64,000 nucleotides of DNA from Geosiphon pyriformis uo1 (GCA_016748015.1 JAAOMT010000760.1:474779-538778), one strand, 5' to 3'; positions 14,342 through 28,237 are shown, numbered from the stretch's first letter. A program made the numbers and translations. Notes: a model not told the origin generated them from the letters alone.

Positions 14342-15821
14342 TTACATTTCCATTTCCTCAGCAACATTGTCATCATTGCTAAAATCTTCGCACTCATCTG
14401 CATCCCCACCCGTTCTTTCTACATTGTCTGATTCTGATGCCGAGATATTAAGGCCCTTTCTGATGGTTTGTATCAATTCCTCGACATGTTCCCGGATTCC
14501 TTCATCAGATTCAAATCTATTTAATAACTATTTTGTAATAAAATAGATTCCATTTTAAGAGATCTTATTAAGTCACGAGACTTTTGATAACAAAAATATT
14601 TCTATATACCTTCTCACACGCCTTCAAACAATCTCTTGCATCTTCCCAATTGGCTGAATGCTCTTCGTCGGTAGGCGCATCTTCTCCCATACAGTAATAA
14701 CACCAGCCGTAAAGATACCATAGTTCAATCACCTCATCATCTTCCTTTTGCAAACCCTCGAGCACGGCGAGCGCCCGATTGTATTCGGAGAGTTCCAATA
14801 ATAATTTGACTAAAGAAATTCGGGTTGCGTATGATGGCAATGAGGCTTGCCCTAGAAGGATATTGAGAATTTCATCGTGCTTCGTGTTTAGATTTCTTGT
14901 TTTCCGATACTGGGAGACAAATTTACATGGTATAAATGTGATTCGAATCCTTAATAAAACGTACCTGGCTCCAAATGAATCCAAAGATTTATACTTCGCT
15001 CTAATTCTAATTTTGCATCTTCATTTCTTTGCTGCGATAGTCGTACCGATGCTAGGAGCTGATATACTTCAGGATTCGTCACATCCACGGCAACTGCCCG
15101 ACTTAAATAGGTCTCGCAACGTGATTCTGCATCTGGCTCAAAGCTGGAAATATCATTCTAGGGTAAATATCTTATCCGTTTCAAGCCAATTGAATTAGGG
15201 AATGTAAAAATATATTTTAGGCACCTCACCAACAATCAGTCAAGAATATCTCGGTCATCGAACATAATGCCGTTGAAATTTTCCGGCAAAGACCTTGATA
15301 TTCCTCTGAAGCAGGGACGAGGTTTTCAAGTTCGGCGATCATCAGGTCAATACCAGTCTGAAAGTAGTTTACTGAATCTAGACTTTCTGAGAGCTGGCCC
15401 ATATAAAGATATTTAGCGGCCCCTTTTGTAGGATTCAATGATATAGCCTTTAAAAAATGCTGGATTTCCAATCATCGCAAATAATATATATCAAAAGTTG
15501 ATAAAATATAACTTTTATTCCTAACTTCAAGTATCACGGCAACTGAACGTTATCTCCAAGCATAACAATGAATACCTCGCGTGCCTCCTCAAACTTTTCC
15601 AACTCGAGCTCTACAGCTCCAGCAGTTTCCAACACTTTGACATTATCGGGTTCCATGCTAAGAGCACGGACACAAAAGGTGTAAGCCAGTTCAAAGTCAC
15701 AACTTTCAATAAAAGACGATATTTTTTCGAGGAGATCGGCAACCGTATAAGAGGCTGCTTGTGAATTTTTGGATCCTGAAGAGGCTCCGTTTACAGGCGT
15801 ATCTGTCTTGGAAGAGGCCAT
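14342..15821 (-). CDS. ACL4: TPR protein, Acl4-like assembly chaperone of ribosomal protein L4 (multi-exon)
   Basis: KYLYMGQLS, LCSMTEIFLTDC, FEPDAE.RCE, LLASVRLSQQR, LPSY..RISLVKLLLE, ELWYLYGW, acidic tail. Confidence 0.8.
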
Positions 15822-16271
15822 AACTGTAAAAATTGGCAGTAAGAAAATTGTGAAGATTTCCAGTGAATTTATGGAAATTCCACGTGCCAAATAAAACTTA
15901 TTAAATTTATTAACTCAACAATGTGATGTCGTATTTTATAAAAAAATTAACAATAGTTTGACATTTTTCGTGAATTAAATATCATAGGGAGTTTCATTGC
16001 AAAACAAGCTTTAATTGCTTGTAAATAAATAACATTTTTAGGGCCCGGCCATAAAATTTGAACGCTAGAAGAATCTGAATGAGAAAATACTCGAGGGCGA
16101 TCAATCATGAAAAATTAGAGTAAATTAATAGTAGACTTTGCTTATTCTTGTGAGGGCAATTCTCCTCGGGATCTGACTTCCTCTTGGTTCCATCCATTCA
16201 TTATCTCTTCAGAAAGTGGAACCATTCGTCACCGGGGCCAAAGTATATCTACAGAATGTGGGATTGCTTTT

Positions 16272-17397
16272 CTACAAAAGATCGTCCAGTGAATTATAAC
16301 TTGGGGACCGTTGCAATCGCTCTTGCAAGTGCGAAGTGTCTAACCCCAACATACCCCTCAATCTCATATTGTAAAAGAAAAATTGTATCACAATGATGAA
16401 ATCCACCGTTAGTTGTACGATCCCACATAGGATAAATTGAAGTGGTGACTTTGTAAAGGCGTAGTAAAAGGTTTTGAATGAGTCTCCAATAAACCAAGTA
16501 AGAAGAACTATTGAACTTTGATATACAAAAGAAAAATGGAATAAGAATTTAAAAAATAACCCAAAAGATTGACAGATTTAAAATAAACCTGAATCCCGTG
16601 ACAGATTGCAATTGGAAATTTTGCCAAGCCTGGGGCATAGGTACAGTACTTTCTATACCCAAGGCCTCAATAAAAAAGACTTGGAATGTTAGCAATCGTC
16701 CCCTAAATTGAAATTCAGCGTGACATTCATCATGCCGATCCCAGTATTAAGAGTAAATTTTGAATGAATAATAACTTACCACATATCCTATGAGTTGAAC
16801 AAACCATTCAGCATGACCAAGAAATATAAATAAAATCTGCAAAACAACCGTCAAGCTCCCCAAAAAGAAAATATATGACCTATAGGAATACCAATTCCAA
16901 AACCATCGTCGATTCGGTGATGGTGACATCGGAAAACGATATTTTACACATTCGTAGAGGAGAATTAACTGCACTATGATCATGAGTAAGCTTTGAACTA
17001 GAAGAGTAGTATCGAATCTTTCTCCAAGCCTCAACACAAGAAAATAAAAAATGTGAGAATTGAAAGAAAATGGAAAAACCATTGATTTATGTAACATGAA
17101 GCAAAAAAATACCAAAAGTATACGCGAAAAATACTTCCGAAGAATTTAAAATTAGTAAGATTATGCCATTTTTTTTGTAAGTATGAGAGCGAGAAAAAAC
17201 ACTTGTTCTAGGAGACTCGCGAACCTGCTTATTAATAACACTCCACAAGTATCTAGTGAGAACCCTGCACTCGATTCTACACTACGAATTTGTGCGATCT
17301 GGTCAAAATATCCTACGACTGGACCTATAACCATTGATATTTTCAAGAGTGCGTCCATAACTATGGGCAAAACATCTACTACTTGTTCTTTATCCAT
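16272..17397 (-). CDS. PQ-loop repeat membrane protein (PQLC1/Any1-like), multi-exon
   Basis: GPVVGYFDQ..S.GFSLDTCGVLL, LLVQSLLMI.VQL, FWNW, ALGIESTVPMPQ..NF, WFIGDSFKT.Y, PLQFILCG.VQL.VD. Confidence 0.85.
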
Positions 17398-18019
17398 TTT
17401 CAATAATAAAGTTCTCGTTTCGAACGGAAACAAAATTCAATTTATTGCGTAACAAAAAGAATTAATATTTATTTTAAAAGATGTCAAAATAAAATTTTTC
17501 CACCTCTTTATCTAAATCATTATTATTAAAAATACAAACAATCCAAACATTGGAAAAATAGACAATGATCATTTGGTACACCCGCGGAGATTTTGTTGCC
17601 AGGAATACGTAATATTTAGTGCTATTTATGTAACAAACCCGTTGAAAACCACATGCTTCTAATTAGAATCGGATCAATGTGATGTCAAGTTTAATATTAT
17701 TTTCATCATCATTAGAGTTTATCATTTCGATGGTCTGGTGCAAAAAATAGGCATTGCTATATAAAATCTATTATGGTCAATATTTGATATTATCCATTGA
17801 AAAACATTATATGTTATTTAAAAATTATTTCTTTAACTAATTTAGTAAAAGATCTATATTTGTAGAACTTTAAAAAGCTTAAAAATGAATTATAGAAAGT
17901 CAAAAATTAAAGTTATTTGAATATATAATTTGTAATATTGAATTATTTAATTATTCAAACTTTAATGAAATTATTATCACAATATTAATTTTATTTTTCT
18001 TGATTAGTTTCTAATTAAC

Positions 18020-18605
18020 TTGAACGGTTTGGCGCTCTCAAGTCTGGTTCGACGAGCCATAGGTCTGCTGGCCTCCCGTACTTACATGATGAAGGCCTTG
18101 CATAGAAGGCTACCGGTTGCCGTGGGGAAGAGGTTGTATGACCCCAGTTACCCGAGTTTGCTTTGTTTGAGATGTGGGGCCGTGGAGGCTTCGGACCACG
18201 CGTTTTTCTGCCCGAAGGATGAGGCCGCTAGGCAGATGGTGTCGAAGGAATGTGCTGGGATTTGGATGTCTAGGTCTGGCGCTGGGGTTGATTCTTCTAC
18301 AGTTTTGCACACGCTATATGACCTATGGGTATTGAAGGTGTGTACAGAGCGGTCGCCAAGGACTTCGTCCTCGGAGATTGGTTCCCTGATCTCTTGATAG
18401 GTTTGGGCAGGTTGACGTTGCGCCTCGCATATTTTTGATCTAAACTAAGGGTTGGAGTGCGAGAAGAGGGGTTTGATTAATAATCCTGGTTTTGTTATTC
18501 CTGATATTGAATTTTGGTTTTGTTAGGGGGTTTGGGCTTGATCTCGAATAGTTTGGTCCTGTAAGTTTGGTTGGGTCACGCTCGTCATCGCAAAAATAAA
18601 AAAAA
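18020..18605 (+). mobile_element. Young, GC/CpG-rich 5'-truncated LINE fragment with internal deletion and A-tail
   Basis: RTYMMKALHRRLPVAVGKRLYDPSYPSLLCLRCGAVEASDHAFFC is the ORF2 C-terminal CCHC region. Ends ctcgtcatcgc followed by an A-run. Confidence 0.9.
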
Positions 18606-18819
18606 TATTTATTTTAATAATTAATTGAAGATATATATTTTTAAATTTTTACTTATAATTCAAATATTGTTAAAAATTAGAAATTTATAAATAACATTTG
18701 CAAAATTAGAAATTTCATAAGTAAAAAATAATATATTTAATAAAATAGCTTAATATTTAAAAAAAAATTATTATTATTATTATTATTTTGTATTTTTATA
18801 AAAAATATTATATGCATCT

Positions 18820-19100
18820 ATTTTTTATATGATGACAAGTATGATTTAGCCATTACTTAATATTATACAATTAACTATAAAAAAAAACCAAATTAAGCAC
18901 AGTTTATGTACTTATTATATGTGACCAGTTATTTAAGCTGATTAAAAATACATTATATAAACAAAATAGAAGCATTTACATGAACAATTTTAGCAGACTC
19001 CAAAGTTTTAAAACAGATTAAAACCAAATAATTTTTTTTTAAAAAACCAAAGCATATTAATTGGTTTTTATTTAAATTGATACTATAAATATTTTTTTTA
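18820..19100 (-). mobile_element. Eroded LINE 3' end, tail-to-tail with the young fragment
   Basis: Reverse complement of 18830-18851 aligns to 18569-18590. Reverse complement of 18922-18944 is the LINE 3' UTR hairpin motif. Confidence 0.7.
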
Positions 19101-19499
19101 ATATCTAAATTAACAATATTTCTAATATTTAAAACTATAAAATTTTTATTAACAATTAAGTTTCTTTTTTATACTCAACTTTAAAACTCCAAAAAAGTCA
19201 AGTTAATTTAACATTTAATTTGTAAAAATTAAGTTTAAATTATAAATATTTTGACTTGAAATTAATATAAATTAGAATTTTATAATTTGATTTAACTTAT
19301 TAAATATTATATATAAGTAAATTAAATCTTATTTTAATTTTTTTTAACTTAAAAAATAACAATTAATTATTGTTATTTTTATTGATTAAAAAAAATTTTA
19401 TATATAAATTAAGTTAAGTTATAAATTATTAAATTTGACTTAATTTTTTAAAAATAAAAATTTTTGAAGTTTATATTTGATTTTTATGATTAATTATAA

Positions 19500-20185
19500 T
19501 AAATTATATTAATAATTTTTAAAATTGTTTTTGAATTTTTTTTAAAAACCTTAATTTTTTATAATAGTTTACAAAAATAATTTGTAGTTTAACAAAATAT
19601 ATCTTTAGTTTACTAAAAAATTAGAAAAAAAAAAGTGTTAAATAATAAAATAGTATTATAACAAGTTGTATAAAAAAAAAGCTTTTTTTTTTGAGAATAT
19701 ATCTTATTTAGAATCTTAATTCAGATTAATTAATTAGCTACTACAAATTAATTCAATAAATTTATTTTGAAAACCAATTTTTTTTCAGAAATATTACTGT
19801 TTAAAATTCACAATTTTGATTAATTTCAAGTCTAAACCAAAAACATTTATTTTATTTTATTGTATTTTATTTTTTTCTTATATTATTAAGTAGTTTACAG
19901 TCGAGATTTTTGTAAAAAAGTTAATTTTCACAGCAAAGTAATTATATATTATTGAAAAGCTTACAAACAAAAATTTTTGTAAAAAAGTTAATTTTTACTA
20001 TAAAATAACTACATAAATAATTGGGATAAAATTGGTCATTTCATTATAAATTCAATAACAAAAATAATTCAAAGTATAAAAAGATACTTTGAAAATAAAT
20101 TGGCTTATTAAAAATTTATTAGCTTTTAGCAAAAATAGAATTTATAGCAAAATAGTATAAAAAATAACTAAAACTTCTAGTAACA
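19500..20185 (+). mobile_element. Heavily AT-eroded third copy of LTR family A (5' boundary uncertain)
   Basis: aatttgtagttt..atctttagtttac, acaagttgtataaaa, ttagcta, ttttcacagcaaagtaa and terminal cttctagtaaca all match 28321-29293 in order. Confidence 0.8.
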
Positions 20186-20189
20186 ATGA

Positions 20190-22900
20190 CTAAAATTTTT
20201 TTAAAGTTTTTTAATTTAAAATGTTTGGTGTTTAAAATAAAATTTGTAATAAAAATTGTTAAAAATATAATTAAATAAATTTTTTTAATTATATAATATT
20301 AATAAATAATAAAATTTAGCCAATTTTAAAAAATGGTTTGAATTATCTAATTAATAAACATAAAAATATTATTATTATTGTATTTAATAAATAAAACTAT
20401 AAAAAATCAAACAAAAAAAAATTCAAAATATTGTTTTGTTAATTTAAAAAACAATTAATAACACATTTATTAAAATAATATATGAAATAGCTTTTAATAA
20501 ATTGTAAAAGACAATAAAAAATTTGTTAGAAAGTAAAGTTTTAAATTTGTTTAAAATTCAAATAAATTTTAAAACATTATTATATAAATAATATTTTATT
20601 ATTAATAATAAATAATTATTTTTGTTATTAAATTAAGTAAGTCTTATTATTATTTTAACATATTTTTTTATTTATAGTTAAATAAATTTAGTTTGAAAAA
20701 AGTTTATAATAATATTAAGTTTTTTTTATTTAATAATAAAAATTTATTTTAAAAAACCAATTTTATTACTTGGTTTTATAATATTGTATCTAATTATTAG
20801 TTATTATATACAATAGGTTTTATGTTAAGATCTGTTTTTTTAATATTAAAAGTATTTTAAGTAAACTTTCTAAGTAAAAAATATTAAATTTACAAATTAT
20901 AAAATAAAAACTATATTATTTGCTGATGTTTTTATTTATAAAATATAGAATTTTATTAATTAATACTAATGTTAATATGTTTTATTTTTTAAATAATATT
21001 ATTACAAATTAAAATAATATGCTTATATATAATAAAAAAACAAATATTATATAATAATAAACAATCAAAAAAATTTTAACTTAAAAAAACAAATTAAATT
21101 TGTAAAAATTTAATATATAAATTAGTTTTATAAAATATCTTGTTGCTATTTTTACAAAAAAATTTAAAAATAAAAAATAATTATATTATTAACAAAATAA
21201 TACAATTATTATAATTATATATTTTATGTTAATATTTTTATAATTTAATAACAGATATTATTAATACTTTTTAGTAAATGTTTATTTAATATGCTTTATA
21301 AAAGCTAAAAATATACAAATTAAAAAAAAATAGTAAAAAAACAAAAAAGTCAATATTATTAAATTAATCTTTGTTTAAATAAATTAATTTAAATAAAAAT
21401 ACTTTTTTATAGCTTTAAGAAATATTTTCAAAATTAAGTTAGTAATTACATTAAAAATTTGGTTAATAATTAAATTAAAAATTATATTAATAACTTATTC
21501 TAAATAATATATATAACTAATATATAAATGAATATAATTATTTTTGTATTAAATATATTAAATAATTATTGTTATGTTTTTTTTGTTGTTTTAATTAAAA
21601 AATCTAATATTATTTTTGTTAATTAATTTTTTAAAAAAATAATAAGATTTATAAATTAAAAAAGTTTAGTTATTATAAAAAATTGTGTTTTAAAAAATTG
21701 GATTTGACTTGGTTTTTGTTATTAATATACTTTTTCAAAGAAAAAATATTTTAGTTTTGAGCTTTTTTGGTATTTTTATTTTAAATTTATTAATTATAAT
21801 ATTTATAATATTATAAAGTTTTTTGATATTAAATTAAATTTAAATAAATTAGTTCAAATATTTTATTGTTTATTAATAGTTTTTAAGAATATAAATTTAA
21901 ATATAAATATAAATATTTATAATATTGTGTTTTTTATGTTAGTTAAATTCTAAATAATTATTTTAGTTTTAAAATACATATCAACTTTTTAAAATATTAT
22001 TATTGTATTAAACAGCCAAATTGCTTTAAATATATGTAAATTAAACTTTAAAAACAAAAGTTTTAATTTTGTAATAAGTATTAAATAAAATAATTTACAA
22101 ATAAAATAATTTAAACATATTAAAAAATAAAATTGTAAATTTATTAGCTTATAAAATAGTTAATTTAAATTGTTTGTTGTTAATTAGCATTAAAAAAGAA
22201 TATTTTGTGTTTGTTAATGTAATTTTTTTAGATAATACTTTTTATTTTGTTAAAAGTTTACATAACTCAATTAATTGTGTTAAATATATTAATAAAAATT
22301 TAAATAAAATATAATTAAGTTAAAATTGTTATAATTTATTTAAAAAAATAGGTTATTAGTGTTTTTATTTGAATTTATTAATCAAAAAACTATAATTTTT
22401 TTAACTTAAAACATAAAAACAGTTATATAATTTTAAATATCTTAGTATTTTTGTATTATATGTAAAAAAAATCAAATAAAAAGAAATTTAATTGTTTTTA
22501 ATTGTATTTATTATTTAAAATATGTACAAATATTAATATTTATATAACTATTATTAAAAACTTTGTTTTTAAGATATAAATTAAAAAATTTATGTTACTT
22601 AAAATAATTGTTAAAAACTATTTTTAAAAATTATTAATTTGACTAATTTTGTTTTGTTTAATTTTAAAAATTATATGTAAATATTAAACTTTAAATTAAA
22701 AGTTAAATATAAAAAATTGTATAAATTTGTTTTTGGTTTCTGATTTTTACTTTAGAATTATAGAATTTGTTAATATTATTTGTGCAAATTATTGTTTTGT
22801 TTTTTTAATTAGCTTGAGTAACTAATTACATATAAACTGTGTTTAATTTCAAGCTTTTTTCGTTATATTGTTTTAAATAATAATTGAATTACATTTATAA
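20190..22900 (+). mobile_element. 'Ghost' LINE ORF2/3' UTR eroded to almost pure A/T
   Basis: aacagccaaattgctttaaatatatgtaaa (~22011) corresponds to DSQAALDACK codons. The region near 22400-22470 resembles RLYD..YPSVLCLYC. 3' UTR motif agcttgagta at 22811. Confidence 0.6.
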
Positions 22901-23591
22901 TTACAAAAAATAAATAATATATGTTAAATTAATAATAAAAACCAAAAAAATTTCATAATAATTTTTAAATTAATAATATTATATTTATTTATTTATAATT
23001 AAATATTGTTTAAAAAGACAAAAACTTTTATTAATACATAATGACAAATTTAAAAAAAAGCTGTAATATACAATAAAATAATTAGAAAACAAAATTAGAA
23101 AACAAAATTAAACTTTTTAATTATTAATAAATATGTTTAATAATATTATATTAAAAAATTTAATATAATTGGTTTTTTAATTGTTTTTTTATATAAATAT
23201 ACAATTTTAATAGTTGTTTAATTTTTTTAAATAAATTGTAATTTGTAATTAATATTTCCAATTAATTTTAATAAATAATAAAAGTGTTGTTATTTGTAAA
23301 ATATTCAAAAAGCTTTTTAAAATTAGTAAAAATATAAAATAAAGTTATTAATTTTGAAATTATTAATTAATAGCTTTTGTTTTTGTTTATTTCTTGGTTT
23401 TAATTGCTTAAGTTACTTAGTTAATTTATGTTTAAGAACTGGTTTTATTGTATTTTATAGTAAATTTTTAGATTTTACAATATAATATTGTATTATTATT
23501 TTGGTTTTAAGCTTTTTTAACTTAGATATATTTTTTAAGTAAATTAATTTGGCACTAAATTTAAAATGACTTTTGGTTAAAATATTTCTTT

Positions 23592-24830
23592 AACAGGCAG
23601 CACAGTTGAGATCAATTTGGATAGTCAGGCTGTATTCGATATGTGCAAGTGTGTTATGATTGCTGTTGGTCCTGATTTTCACAATGAATGTTGGATCGAG
23701 CATCACCATATTAATAACACTGTCAAAAGTAAGGTCTTATCAGTTCGCTGGAACAAGGTTAAAGGCCATTCTGGCATTATAGGCAATGAACATGCTGATT
23801 TTATTGCAGAAGATGCCACAGGTTCCGGGTTTGTTTTGCCTTTCAATGTTCATGAGTAGTACTTAGTTGCTGATGATCGGCCTGTTTCTGGTAATGCTTG
23901 CCACTTCGTGAGAAAGTTGTTCAATTCTGTTTGTTGTTCTGAATGGAAGTCTAGGTGTACTGAGAAATTTGTGGATAAATCCCTGGCTCGTGATTTCGAT
24001 TGGCCCCGGATTGTGTTGGTTTGGCACCCAGAAGAACATATGTGTGCTGGGTTGACTGCTCTCTGCTGCCATTCATTCTTACTTTATGAAAGCTTTGTAC
24101 AAAAGACTACCAGTTGCTTTGAGAAAGAGACTGTACAATGCCTCATATCCGAGTGCTGTATGTTTACATTGTGGTTTGTTGGAGGATTCTGACCATGCCT
24201 TTTTGTGTGAATCAGATTCTGCTGCCAGGAATACTATCATCGATGATGCCGTAGCCAAATGGTGCGGTTTATCCAGCTTATCACCCACGGAATCCTTGGT
24301 AATTCGTTTGTTACATGAGATAAGAGCTAATGGCCGCTTATATATGGCTGTTGCTAAAGGTTTCGTCCTAAGAGATTGGGTCTTGGAGGCTACTAAAGTG
24401 TTTACTGCGAAGTCGGAGGCAGTCGTAAGTGTTGTCAATTTTGTATGTAATATAGTGATTCATCACAGACTGAATATTAGTTTAAGGAAATTTTATGAAT
24501 TCAATGATTTGATTTTCACAGATGGCTCAGTAGTTATTAATGTTAGTGGCTTATTGTTATGTGGTTCTGTTGTGAACATTTACAAACCCAAATTTATTCA
24601 TGGCATTATGATTAATTTTGGTCTTGATGCTACCTTATCTTTAATGTCTTTAGGATTTTATGGTAGTGTCTGTGCCTCTTGCAATATAAGCTTGTTGTGT
24701 CACCTTGATCGGCTTGAGTGGCTGGTCATATATAGAAAATGCATAAGTCATGCTTATTTTAGAATCTTTTATGATTATATTGTAATAGGTAGTAGTTGGG
24801 CTGCACTCGTTAAACAAAATAAAAAAAATT
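23592..24830 (+). mobile_element. 5'-truncated LINE (RNase H C-half, CCHC, 3' UTR, A-tail)
   Basis: DSQA, WNKVKGHSGIIGNEHAD, CLHCGLLEDSDHAFLC. 3' hairpin at 24706-24728. Ends ctcgttaaa followed by an A-rich tail. Confidence 0.9.
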
Positions 24831-26430
24831 TTGGTATGTAATTATTTAAAACTCAATTAGGGCAAAATAAATATTGATTTAAATTTCGATTTTCTTAATA
24901 TTCTAATTGAATTTCTAAAAATAATTATAAAATGTATTTTTGTTAAAATATTTTACGGTTTTTGACAAATAACTTGAATAAGTATCACAATATTGTAATT
25001 TTCAAAATATAACTATTGGTTTTTAATGTATTTACAATATAAAAATTTGTACATTTTTAAGATTCCAAAATATTGTTTACATAAATATAAAATTGTTGAT
25101 AGTATTTAAAAATTACAATTGTTATTTTTATATAATCGTTATTAGTGTATTAATCTTGAAAAAAAATAAAAGTTTTTTTAATAACTTAAAATATTAAATC
25201 TGTGTTTATTTTTAATTACTGGTGTTTGTGAAAATAACTAATTTTTGTTCTAATGATTTTTGTATAATTGTATGTTACAAAGTTTATAAAATTTGGTATT
25301 TTTTTTTTGTTAACAAATTTGATGTTTTTTTAGCAATTTTCAACTGTGTAATATTTTAGATTTTAATTTAAAACCGAAAAATTACTTAGCAGTTTAAATT
25401 TTGAAGTTTAATAATTACAATTTGGTACGAAATCTAAAACTATGTTGATTTTAGTTAAAAAATTCCAAAGTTTTTAATTGCAATAAGAAAAAAGTTGATT
25501 TTAAACAAAAATTTTTTTTAAATATTAAAAATTATAACCTATTAATTAATTCTAATAAATATAAATTTTTTAAAAAAATATTATTATTTCAAGTCTAATA
25601 TAATTAGTTTTGAAAAATATTTTAAAATAAATATAAATTTTGACAAACAATTAAACATTTTTACAAATTCTTTATTATTATATAGTTTAAATGATACATA
25701 ATCTATTTATAAAATTTAATTTGTAAATCTTTACATATTAGATTATTAATAAAATAAAAATCAATATAGTTAAATAATTAATACAAAAGTTAATTAATAA
25801 TAGAAATTAAAAATAATTTTATAATAATTTTGGTTTAATTTTTAATTTATTAATATTGTAAAATTATTTTTAGTATTTGATTATTAATTATTGTAAATTA
25901 TTTTAATACTTTTATGTAATTTTAATGATTTATTTATTTTGCCAATATGCTAATCTGTTAATTTATCACATGTTTTTGTAATTTAAAAAATTTTGCTGGA
26001 GTTTTTTGGTTATTTTAATAATTCAATAAAATACACTGCTGTTTTTGGCTAACTTTGTTTATTTTACAATATAAATTTTTAATAATTAATAATAGTTTAT
26101 TTAAATAATACAAATATTTATTTATTAATATTTGAGTCTAATTTTTAATATATCCAAAATATTTGAAAGACTATAAAAAGCATAAAAAATTAAATAATGT
26201 TATTTTAAAAAAAATTGGTATTTTAAGTTATATTATTAGCCAAATTTAACTTAAAAATTTTTTATTTTGTTTCTTAAAACCAAAAAAAAACTTCTTTCTC
26301 TCCTTCGTCCAAAATTTCCAAAAAAGAGTCAAAGTTTTTTGAAAAAAAAGTTATTTTCACAATTCAGTATGATAAATCCAAACTCTTTATTTTTGATTAC
26401 GAGGCCACTGTTGGCTGTAGTATTGCTGTT

Positions 26431-28237
26431 ATGAAAAAGGCTGCTAAAGTTTCTGGCTCTAATGATGGCTTCAAACCTGTTCTTCCAAGGAAAAGGAGGA
26501 GAGGTGGTGCTCTAGAAGATGGTTCTAGTGGTGAGATTATTGGTACTAAGGTTTAGAATAGTCATTTATGGGGTTCAGAAACCGGCAATACCACTGAGTT
26601 TGATAGTGTTAATATGGAGGAAAAATGTCTGGTGGAAGAAACTAGCTTTAGGCAAGAAAGTGGGGAAGAATCTGGTGGTGTTAATACTGATATGATGCCT
26701 AAGGGTCCCAAAAAGATTGTTACCAAGTGTATCCTTGGGAAGCCTCTTGGCACTATTAACTTCAGCATGGAAAATGATGATGATGATGATATTTTGGATG
26801 GGTTACTCACTCTCCCTCCCCCCTTTTCTCTCAGACATATGGTGCAGGTCTCGGTCAGGAAATCTTTTGCTCTAAATATTAATCTTGGAGTGGTTGCTAA
26901 CAAGTCATCTTAAAAGAAATTAGCTTATGTTAGAAAAATTTTTTCTGGTGTGAATGGTTTTGGGGGGGCCTCTACCCCCTCAAAATTTGGTGGTATTATT
27001 CGGGCGTCTTTTATTTCTGAAAAGGCAATGATGGCAGTGGCAAAAATGACAAATGATCATGGTGTTATGGTAAACACCAATCTCAAGCACTCTAGAGACA
27101 ATTGTACAAATCGAGTTATTGTGTTGAAAAAAATTCCAGTGCGAACTTCTGTGGAAGCTGTGCATGCTGTGGTGTCTAAATTTGGGAAGATTAAGATAAT
27201 CAAAATACAGTTGGTGGGTTTGTGGCAGAAGGCAATTGTTGAATTAGAAGATCAAACACAAGCTGATTTATTGGCTTTTAAGTAGTCTATTTTCATTGGG
27301 AAAGATGCAGTTTGTGTGGCCAGAGCTGATATTAACAAACAATCATGGGATGCCAGAGATAGTTTTAGGACTTTACTACATACTCTCCTCATGGAAACCA
27401 CAGCTCATGATTTGTGGGACTTTATTGGTTCTATCAGTGAGAAAATTTGCTTTATTGATTGCAATCTCTCGAATTATTCTCATGTCCATTGCATCTCTGT
27501 GTGTTTTAATTCTAAATTAGATCTGGTTAATGCAATAGCAGTAACTCTGGTTATAAAGGGTGTTGGTCTCCGCTGGTCTCATTTTTCTTTGGTGTCATGT
27601 GTGGTTTGCAAGAATTTTGGTCATACATCTCTTAGTTGTAGGTTTGTCAAGAATGCTGCATTTTTGAATGGCAGAAAGGCTGTCTTTTCAGCTCAGGACC
27701 AGCTCAGGCTGGTGAGGATTTACGCAAAAAAATCTGCTCCCATCTCCTGTCCCCTGGCATTTGGTGGTAAAACTTGGGTGTCAGTTGTTGATGCTTCTTC
27801 TGCTCTCTTTCTCTCTAGTAGCAAGTCACAATTTGGTTCCATTATTAATGGTGAACCTCTTCCTTCTGTTGTAGGTAAATTGGAAGAATGTCTAGTCAGT
27901 ATTGAAAGCAGTCTCGTCAGTCTCGCAGAACAAATTAGTGAGTTGGCTAAGAGGTTGGATTCACTCATGCCGGCAGTTTCCCAGCCTAGCCCTGGATGTC
28001 AGCTGCTGGTAACCCCCCCCATTGCAGAATCCGAAGGGTGATATAGTGATGGGAACGGCTTTGGGTGAGACCACTAGTGATGAGACTGCTGCGATTGTGG
28101 ACTTATTGGTGTTCCCCCAAGTTACCAGGTTAGAAAATATGTTGGATGGACTCTCCAAATCTGTGTTAAGCTTGTTTGCTCGTTTTAAAAGTTTGGTTTT
28201 GGCTGGTGGTGCAAACTCTCAACTTTTTTCTCAATAA
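26431..28237 (+). pseudogene. LINE-B ORF1 (basic N-terminus, RRM-like region, CCHC knuckle, coiled-coil-like C-terminus)
   Basis: MKKAAK..PRKRRRGG; CVVCKNFGHTSLSC; heptad-like LEECLVSIESSLVSLAEQISELAKRLD. In-frame stops and a poly-C frameshift near 28015. Confidence 0.88.

Noticed and set aside
18600-23590. Mitochondrial insertion or centromeric satellite
   Set aside because: Contains colinear remnants of the LINE and LTR families present elsewhere in the window.
25410-25440. LTR end plus primer-binding site (ttaca-atttggtacg)
   Set aside because: No matching second LTR could be aligned and the sequence is too eroded.
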